DNA from: Candidatus Pacearchaeota archaeon
Lineage (GTDB): Archaea > Nanobdellota > Nanobdellia > Pacearchaeales > GW2011-AR1
DNA: 64,000 nt
Reading direction: 5' to 3'
Assembly: GCA_002688015.1 (NCBI GenBank)
Contig: NZBT01000008.1
Span: 2,852 to 66,851, forward strand
In this document: positions 57,772 through 64,000 of the stretch, piece by piece
How positions within the stretch are numbered: the stretch's first letter is position 1
Layout of the letters: each line of letters opens with the position of its first letter
The notes under the pieces: model-generated
Databases searched by the model: none
The model's input: only the letters and a program-made list of their open reading frames with translations
What the model was told of the DNA's origin: nothing
Made by a program: the position numbers and the translations under genes

Positions 57772-58236
57772 CTATTTAAGAATTGTTATGTTTGTCTCTC
57801 TCTCTCTCTCTGCAAAGTAGTTAGCAGTCTCTGTCTTAAAATCCGAAAATAAACCAAGCACTCCATTCCTATAATCTGAAACGCCCCATCCAGGAGTAAT
57901 TTGAAATTGCATACCTGAAATTAAATTATTATCTTCTACAGAGGGGTCTCTATACCCTCTAAGAGATTCTAAATTTGCTCCTCGTTCTAGATAGCTCTCT
58001 CCGGCAAATATTGATGCGTTAACACTCGTCGAAACCGAGTGAGACTCAGCAACTGCACGAGGATCACCAAATCTTACACTCGTTCTTTCATTAATCTCAA
58101 AATACCAACTAATATCACATCTAGTCTTATTTGATAAATAAGTAAACAATTTTCTCAACTCATCTTGTCCAACTGGCTCTGGAAATTCTATCTTAGCTAA
58201 TTCAATTAAATCATCAAGTGTTTCCAATGTTGTCAT
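57772..58236 (-). CDS. Hypothetical protein, first gene after SMC-like ATPase
   Basis: 154 aa; no motif recognised; contains (TC)9-encoded ERERE near C-terminus. Confidence 0.45.
   Translation of the reverse strand: MTTLETLDDLIELAKIEFPEPVGQDELRKLFTYLSNKTRCDISWYFEINERTSVRFGDPRAVAESHSVSTSVNASIFAGESYLERGANLESLRGYRDPSVEDNNLISGMQFQITPGWGVSDYRNGVLGLFSDFKTETANYFAERERETNITILK
57794..57811. repeat. (TC)9 dinucleotide microsatellite inside coding sequence
   Basis: tctctctctctctctctc, 18 nt, within 3' end of ORF 57772-58236. Confidence 0.9.
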
Positions 58237-58281
58237 GATTATTCTGGAAAAGTCTAATATTTAATAATTTCTATGCTCTTC

Positions 58282-61149
58282 TTAGTCCACTTTCAAGCTA
58301 AGAATCTTACTGACACCCTCATGCATACTAACTCCATACAGCAAATTACTCTCAATAATAATAGCATCATTATGTGTAACAACAATATATTGTCCTCTCT
58401 TCATATATTGCTTTAATAGTCCAGCAAGCCTTTCACTGTTCCTCTTGTCCAAAGCAGCATCAATCTCATCAAAAATATAAAAGTGATAAGGCTTATGCTC
58501 TTGTATCGCGAACAGCAGAGAAAGGGCAACAAGAGTCTGCTCCCCTCCAGAAAGAGAAGTCACATCAAAATATTTTCCTTTAGCTAATCTAACAATAATA
58601 CTAACTCCTCCAGCAAAAATATCTTCTTTATTCTCAATTTCAAGATAAGCTTGCCCCTTACTAGTTAGCTTGCTAAAGTTTTCTGTGAATAAATCGTTTA
58701 TTTCTTTAAATGTCTTCATAAATGTTTTCTTCTTCTTCTTATCAATTTCTTCAATAATTTTGAAAATCTCTTCTTTCTCTTTTCCTAGAGTTTCAACTTT
58801 CTCCTTTACTTGATCATACCCCTCTTTAACTCTGTCATACTCTTCTAGAGCTTGTAAATTAACTCCCCCAATCCTACTAATAACATCTTGACTCTTTCTA
58901 AGCCTTTCTTCTAACACATTAATACTTCCTTTAATTAATTCAACTCCTTTGAATTCCTGCAAATCTATCTTTAATGATTCCACAGATGCATCCAATCCAG
59001 CTTTCCCAACTTTCAAACTATTAATTTGATCTTCAACTTGTCTTATAGAATTGCTCAACTCACTCAATTCCAAATTATTCTCTTGAATCTGTTTTTGTAT
59101 CTTGTCCCTCTCTTCATACAATTTTTTAAATTCCCCACTTAACTTTCTCTCTTGCTCTTCCCTCTCTTCTAACTTCTCAGTCTTATTCTCAAAGTCTTCA
59201 GAAATCTCTTCAATTATTTCTTCACTCTCAGTTAAATCTTCTTTTCCTCTCTTAATATTATTCCTTATCTTTTCAAGTTCTTGCTCTTTATAGACAAGAG
59301 CGGTATTACTATCCTTTTCTGTTCTTGCACTTATTTCCTCAATTTCAAGAATCTTATTTTCATGCCTTTCTTCAATTTTTCCTAAACCTATGACTCTACT
59401 TTCCAAAGATTTTCTCCTTTCCTCTAACTTCTCTAAGTCAATCTTTATCGCCTTATCTTCTTCAACACTTTGCCTTAGCAATCCCTTCTTTTCAGAAATA
59501 TTTTTATGTCTTTCGAATTCCACTTCGCATGTTCTAATCTTCCCTTCCAATTCTTTAATCTCATCTCCTAATTTTATCTTTTCCTCTCCCAATTCTTTCA
59601 AACTTTTCTCAGCCTCTTCCTTCTCCCTTCCAAACTTCTCAATCTTCCTATCAGAGTCCAAAAAGACATGTCCTACGTGTTCCTTCGTCAGTTTACTCTG
59701 ACACAAGGGACAGAGGTCAATATTCTCCACATTCTTCTTATTTTCATTTGCTATTCTTATTTCTGCTTCTGAGATACCAAGCCGTTTTTCATTTTCAACT
59801 TCTTTCTTACCTACTTGGCTCAGCTTCCCTCTATTCTCCTCCAAATTATTAGAAAGAGATTTTATTGCTACTTTACAAGATTCAGAATCTTTATGTTCTA
59901 ATTCTTCAGAATCAGATTCTATCTGTTTAAGCAACTGATCAACTTCTGCCTGAACTTTTCCATACTGAATCTCCTTATCACTAATCCTATCTTTCAAACT
60001 TTCAAGTTCAGATTTTGCTTTGAGCAGAATTCGTCTCTCATTTTCTATTTCAGCTAATTCGTCTTTCTTTTTCTGAAGATCTTCTCTTTTCCTAGCCATT
60101 AATGGGCTCGACTTCCGCAAATCAGCAATCTCATCTTCTAATTCAGGAATACTTTTCTCAAGCTCTTCAATTCTTTTTTCAAAATCTTCTTTCCTAGATT
60201 CATGATTCTCTTTTCTAACTCTAAGACCTTCAACTTCAGCTTTCAAATTAGCAATCTCATTCCTCAACGTCTCCTGCTCCACACCTGTTGCTTTCCTTAT
60301 ATGTGCATTAATCTTATTAATTTGTTCAGAAAGGTCCTCAATCTTCTTATCAATTTCAAGACTTTTCTCCTTTATCTTATCTTTTTCTTCAGTTCTTTTT
60401 TTAATGCTTTCCACAAAACTTTCAATTTCTTTTTCCTTTCCTTCAATCTTCCTAGAAAAAATAGACGCCTTCGCTCTTCTGACAAGAGATTCATGATGTT
60501 TGAACTTCTCTGCTTGCTGTTTCTGTTCCTCAAGCTTATTAAGATAAATACTTCTCTCTCTTAATACAGTACTTATCTCTTTCAATCTTTCTTCTGTTTT
60601 TTCTAATTCTCTCACACTCTTTTCTTTCCTAGATTCATAAATCGCAATTCCAGCAACTTCTTCAATAATCTTTCTCCTTTCTTCAGAATGCATTCTCACA
60701 ATACTCTGTATCTGTCCCTGTAATATAATATTAAATCCATGAGGATCAATTCCAGCATGAGCCAATAACTCTACTACCTCTCCTCTTGTCTTAGTCTCAT
60801 CATTAATCTTGTAAATACTCTGCCCATTTCTCCTAACAACTCTCTTTAATCTTATCTCCCCAGAAGAAATGTTAAATACCTTATCAGAATTATCAAAAAC
60901 AAGCTCAACACTCGCCTCTCCAGCTGGCTTAACATATTTACTTCCCATAAATATAAGATTCTTAGCCTTAGCGGCCCTCATACTCTTTATGCTTAATCTT
61001 CCAAGAACAAAACACAAAGCATCACTAATGTTGCTCTTCCCGCTCCCATTAGGCCCTATAACAACATTAATACCATCATCAAACAGAACCTCAGTACGCT
61101 TAGCGAAACTCTTGAAGCCCTGCATCACCATTCTTTTAATGTGCGCCAT
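58282..61149 (-). CDS. SMC-family ATPase with Rad50-type central zinc hook (no recognisable hinge)
   Basis: SMC-type head: Walker A VIGPNGSGKSNISDALCFVLG, signature LSGGEQTLVALSLLFAI, Walker B/D-loop FYIFDEIDAALD; long coiled coils; mid-protein DLCPLCQSKLTKEHVGHV resembling Rad50 hook CPxCxxxLTxEH. Confidence 0.8.
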   Translation of the reverse strand: MAHIKRMVMQGFKSFAKRTEVLFDDGINVVIGPNGSGKSNISDALCFVLGRLSIKSMRAAKAKNLIFMGSKYVKPAGEASVELVFDNSDKVFNISSGEIRLKRVVRRNGQSIYKINDETKTRGEVVELLAHAGIDPHGFNIILQGQIQSIVRMHSEERRKIIEEVAGIAIYESRKEKSVRELEKTEERLKEISTVLRERSIYLNKLEEQKQQAEKFKHHESLVRRAKASIFSRKIEGKEKEIESFVESIKKRTEEKDKIKEKSLEIDKKIEDLSEQINKINAHIRKATGVEQETLRNEIANLKAEVEGLRVRKENHESRKEDFEKRIEELEKSIPELEDEIADLRKSSPLMARKREDLQKKKDELAEIENERRILLKAKSELESLKDRISDKEIQYGKVQAEVDQLLKQIESDSEELEHKDSESCKVAIKSLSNNLEENRGKLSQVGKKEVENEKRLGISEAEIRIANENKKNVENIDLCPLCQSKLTKEHVGHVFLDSDRKIEKFGREKEEAEKSLKELGEEKIKLGDEIKELEGKIRTCEVEFERHKNISEKKGLLRQSVEEDKAIKIDLEKLEERRKSLESRVIGLGKIEERHENKILEIEEISARTEKDSNTALVYKEQELEKIRNNIKRGKEDLTESEEIIEEISEDFENKTEKLEEREEQERKLSGEFKKLYEERDKIQKQIQENNLELSELSNSIRQVEDQINSLKVGKAGLDASVESLKIDLQEFKGVELIKGSINVLEERLRKSQDVISRIGGVNLQALEEYDRVKEGYDQVKEKVETLGKEKEEIFKIIEEIDKKKKKTFMKTFKEINDLFTENFSKLTSKGQAYLEIENKEDIFAGGVSIIVRLAKGKYFDVTSLSGGEQTLVALSLLFAIQEHKPYHFYIFDEIDAALDKRNSERLAGLLKQYMKRGQYIVVTHNDAIIIESNLLYGVSMHEGVSKILSLKVD

Positions 61150-61264
61150 GCAAAGATGTATGCTAATAGCTATTTAAAAATTCTCATATAATAAAAATCA
61201 CTCTCTTTCTTAAGGAAGGGGAAAAGAAAGTTACTAAAGAAAAAAATAAAAAAAATAAATTAAT

Positions 61265-62530
61265 TTAGTAGTAACTTTCGCCGAATTCTTCAGATTTCTC
61301 AGGCTGTCTTGTTAACAATACGATTAGGACAACTAAAAGTACCACAAAGATTATTGCAAGGACAACTGTCAATAAGACAGTACCGCTTGAACCAAATCCT
61401 CCTGAAACTCTTCTTGCTGTGCCTTCAACGTTTGCAGTAAAGCTTTCCGCTTTTACTAGTTCAGTACCAGAGTGGACATTAACTGCGAAGTTTTGCTTAC
61501 CATCTTTAAGTCCGGTAGCGCTTACTTTTACAGTTCTACTTGTGCCTGCAGGAACAGCTACAATTGGCTCGTCCGTATCAACAGATAAACCGCTTGATGA
61601 GTCAACAACGAATTCATACACTTGTACTTTACTTCCAGCATTTACAATTGTAATACTGTAGTCTTCTGTTTCTCCAACAGCAAATGTCTTGCTATGTACT
61701 GGTGAAACAATTATAGTGTCTGCGCTCGCTCCGTTAACTACAACTTTCCTTGTTAGAGATGTTATGCTATCTTGATTGAATGCTTCAATCTCAACAACGT
61801 ATACTCCAGCAGGGGCAGTTCTTGGAACTCTCAAGGCTAGTCTTCTTTCGTTTGCGTCTTCCTTGTCAGGATCTGACTGGTCAACTGCAGATAGATCTCC
61901 AAAGTATCCTCTGTCTTCTACTCCTAATGCAGGGATTCTTGCTACGACAAATGTGTCTTCAGCAAATCTTCTTCCTGTGTTCTTTAGAACAACGTCAATA
62001 AGTAATGCATCTCCTGCAGCTACTTCATTTGACATGTCTACGTCCAAGACACTTAGTGTATAGGATTCTCTCTGAACGCTCAAATCAATCTCAATTTCAG
62101 AAAGTCTTCCATCACTTTTACTCTCAATCAGAACAGTAAGAACAAAATCTTCTTCTGTTTCATCATGGTCGATGTCTCTTGGATCAGGTAGTGGAACAGA
62201 CAAAGTCTTTGTGTATGTTCTATCTGGCAAAACGTCAAATCTGCTTGTAACAGCAGAATTAGTACTTGCGCCTGAAAGCCAAGCTTTCACTCTGACATCC
62301 TGAACTTCTGCATTGTTTGGTAATTGGTCAGAAAAGAACTGAACTCTAACAGGAATTGTGTCTCCTGTAAATTCAGCAATCTTTCCACCGTTAAGTACGT
62401 CAATTCCATTGACTTCTACATCATCAATTCTGACGTGCTCATCTGTACCTGCTGCGCTTACAACAAAAGCTGAAAGAACAACAAGTGCAAGTACCGTAAC
62501 AATACCAGCTAAAATTTGTTTGGATGTCAT
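61265..62530 (-). CDS. Cell-surface protein with signal peptide, beta-rich repeats and C-terminal TM anchor
   Basis: 421 aa; MTSKQILAGIVTVLALVVLSAFVVSAAG; C-terminal LLTVVLAIIFVVLLVVLIVLL; Val/Thr/Asp/Ser-rich, Lys-poor. Confidence 0.6.
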   Translation of the reverse strand: MTSKQILAGIVTVLALVVLSAFVVSAAGTDEHVRIDDVEVNGIDVLNGGKIAEFTGDTIPVRVQFFSDQLPNNAEVQDVRVKAWLSGASTNSAVTSRFDVLPDRTYTKTLSVPLPDPRDIDHDETEEDFVLTVLIESKSDGRLSEIEIDLSVQRESYTLSVLDVDMSNEVAAGDALLIDVVLKNTGRRFAEDTFVVARIPALGVEDRGYFGDLSAVDQSDPDKEDANERRLALRVPRTAPAGVYVVEIEAFNQDSITSLTRKVVVNGASADTIIVSPVHSKTFAVGETEDYSITIVNAGSKVQVYEFVVDSSSGLSVDTDEPIVAVPAGTSRTVKVSATGLKDGKQNFAVNVHSGTELVKAESFTANVEGTARRVSGGFGSSGTVLLTVVLAIIFVVLLVVLIVLLTRQPEKSEEFGESYY

Positions 62531-62673
62531 GTTTGTTTTAAAAATTTAGTTACTATTTCATCTTTATAGCCATATATAAACTTTATGGTGACAACAATAA
62601 ACCCGTAATTACAGAGTGACGAAAGATTTATATAGATATACACAAGTATCTTCAAGTATACCAAACAACAACG

Positions 62674-63024
62674 ATGAAGAATCAAAAAATTGAAATAACG
62701 ACGATAAAACTAAGGAAAAAGACTAAAACTCGTTTAGATAACCTAAAAGAATACAGAAGAGAGACATATGATGAAGTTTTGGAGAAAATTCTTGAAATCC
62801 TTAACCTCTCCCGTTCTAGCCCAGAAAGGGCAAGATCTCGTTTAGTTTCACTTGATAGAAAGAGTAGAAAATCAAACCAAAGAAAACAAAAAAGACCAAT
62901 AAAACCAAAACTTCCAGTTTCAGATAATCAAAACCCTCAACTTCAACAAAACAAAAATATAATTCCTACAAACCTACAAAGAACACAAGTAAGAAATGAA
63001 GAACATCAAAGACCTAGAAATTAA
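62674..63024 (+). CDS. VapB/DUF217-like ribbon-helix-helix protein with long disordered Gln/Asn/Lys-rich tail (orphan, no adjacent PIN toxin)
   Basis: N-terminal KIEITTIKLRKKTKTRLDNLKEYRRETYDEVLEKILEIL fits archaeal putative-antitoxin RHH pattern (K.TI.l.eetyerL..lK..geSydDvI..LL). Confidence 0.45.
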   Translation: MKNQKIEITTIKLRKKTKTRLDNLKEYRRETYDEVLEKILEILNLSRSSPERARSRLVSLDRKSRKSNQRKQKRPIKPKLPVSDNQNPQLQQNKNIIPTNLQRTQVRNEEHQRPRN

Positions 63025-63500
63025 ACTGCCTTATTCAAATTCTGATCAATACTTCCTAGATTATCAATAATATGGACATGTAATTTCTCTATAATTATCG
63101 TTTGTAATTCTTCTTTAAGTCTTCCATGACACTTACTCAAATCTTTTTCTGGGTACACACCTACGCCTTTAGGATATGAACATTCCATTGATAGGCCTTT
63201 CAATCTTCCCGTGTCTAACGTTCCTTCTTTCGTTTGTAACAAATCAACAGCAACAACACAGTTCCCTTTCCTACTCTCCAAAATATCATATCTCCAAGAA
63301 GCTTCAGGCTCTTCATTAATATAGCTAGCTTTAGTACATCTTCTCATATTCTCTTGGAAACAAGAAAATCCTTGACAGTCAACTTTTCTCAAAGAAGAGA
63401 AGAAATAAACCCCTCCAAGAACTAACACCAAAACAATAATTGCCACTATCAACTCCTTTTTATGATCTCTCATAAGATCAAAATGATGCCTCTTATACAT
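63021..63500 (-). CDS. Membrane-anchored Cys-containing extracytoplasmic protein
   Basis: 159 aa; N-terminal TM (LIVAIIVLVLVLGGVYFF), 8 Cys in ectodomain. Confidence 0.4.
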   Translation of the reverse strand: MYKRHHFDLMRDHKKELIVAIIVLVLVLGGVYFFSSLRKVDCQGFSCFQENMRRCTKASYINEEPEASWRYDILESRKGNCVVAVDLLQTKEGTLDTGRLKGLSMECSYPKGVGVYPEKDLSKCHGRLKEELQTIIIEKLHVHIIDNLGSIDQNLNKAV

Positions 63501-63534
63501 AACATGAATAAAAATTCAAGATATTTAAAACTTC

Positions 63535-64000
63535 TTAAAGACTAATCAAATTTATCTTTGTGTCCTCAACATCAGAAAAATTAGTAGCAGCAAGATGTTT
63601 TACTCCATTCTCTCCACATACTTTCATAATCGTCTTTGTAGCTGTTCCATCTAAAACTATGCCTAAAACACCAGACTTAGAACGTTCAAGAGCCCTGGAT
63701 ATCTCTCTAGATCCAACTTTTCTGATTATATCAAAATTAGAGTCTACTAAAGCCGCTACTCTTGTTCCCTTTATCTTAGCATAAACGCCTCTTGCAGCTT
63801 CTTTCACATCTCCATCATAATCTTTAACTTCTTCTTTTGTTTCTTTTACTCCTCTTGGTGCATAAGAACTTTTTCCCATTCCATTCCCATTCCACTTTGA
63901 ATACTCAGAAACAGGAACTTTCTTTCTAAGAGCAATAAGAATCTCTTTTCCTGCAAGCTCTTCAACTTCTTTTCCATCTGGAGCAACAGCAACATATTTC
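63535..64000 (-). CDS. Partial CDS running off the window end (N-terminus beyond 64000); hypothetical, possibly L7Ae/L30e-fold
   Basis: Frame stays open from 64000 down to stop at 63535 (…KYVAVAPDGKEVEELAGKEILIALRKK…MGKSSYAP…); ORF track only reports from first Met. Confidence 0.35.
   Translation of the reverse strand, partial: KYVAVAPDGKEVEELAGKEILIALRKKVPVSEYSKWNGNGMGKSSYAPRGVKETKEEVKDYDGDVKEAARGVYAKIKGTRVAALVDSNFDIIRKVGSREISRALERSKSGVLGIVLDGTATKTIMKVCGENGVKHLAATNFSDVEDTKINLISL

Noticed and set aside
56884-58236. Interpretation of the three small ORFs after the SMC-like gene as one frameshifted pseudogene
   Set aside because: The ORFs are in different frames with intact starts and short spacers. 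Simulated plus or minus one-unit slippage of the (TC)9 repeat does not fuse them. They are treated as three genes, though this should be confirmed with homologues.
1-64000. Search for a CRISPR array (regularly spaced direct repeats of 24-40 nt with unique spacers)
   Set aside because: No such periodic repeat structure was seen in any intergenic region. The only tandem repeats are the 21-nt in-frame coding repeat in rps4 and the (TC)9 microsatellite.

Overview
This is an AT-rich, Lys/Glu-rich archaeal chromosome segment. The content is DPANN-like: small genes, frequent ATGA stop/start overlaps, and TGA used as a stop, so the standard genetic code applies.

The window reads in order:
- **1-15.5 kb:** a large cell-surface glycan biosynthesis cluster with several glycosyltransferases, a Wzx-like flippase, rmlA/rmlB, a GT39/PMT-like membrane glycosyltransferase and a glycerophosphodiester phosphodiesterase.
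- **16-18.6 kb:** secD/secF.
- **19-20 kb:** a tRNA-Gly / tRNA-Arg / orphan ORF / tRNA-Leu / solitary 5S rRNA block.
- **20.6-20.9 kb:** a displaced rpoN.
- **21.2-25.3 kb:** a MacB-type ABC exporter with a COG1361-like surface protein.
- **25.4-29.5 kb:** a tightly coupled gap-pgk-pfkB-2-hydroxyacid dehydrogenase operon, with a bacterial type I GAPDH.
- **29.5-32.1 kb:** an M50 protease, then a DsbA-like protein paired with a CxxC membrane protein.
- **32.9-38.2 kb:** the archaeal ribosomal alpha-operon block (L21e, rpoF-like, DUF655, S13-S4-S11-rpoD-tRNA-L18e-L13-S9).
- **38.2-42.2 kb:** an abrupt end of that block at a XerA-like tyrosine recombinase, then a small ribbon-helix-helix-led cassette, a Na/Pi transporter-like protein, a KaiC-fragment ORF and an intron-containing tRNA-Leu(UAA).
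- **42.2-46.2 kb:** a membrane-anchored subtilase with a Cys-rich partner.
- **47.2-49.3 kb:** a GC-elevated island with a bacterial-style Shine-Dalgarno and lipobox.
- **49.4-56.9 kb:** TatD, a TrmB regulator, ileS, tRNA-Ser, tRNA-iMet and rnhB.
- **56.9-61.1 kb:** the most unusual block. An SMC-head ATPase carrying a Rad50-type CxxC zinc hook instead of a hinge, followed by three small Arg-rich proteins of unknown function that differ in composition from their surroundings.
- **61.3-64.0 kb:** surface proteins, an orphan VapB-like RHH protein and a partial ORF.

No CRISPR array was seen.
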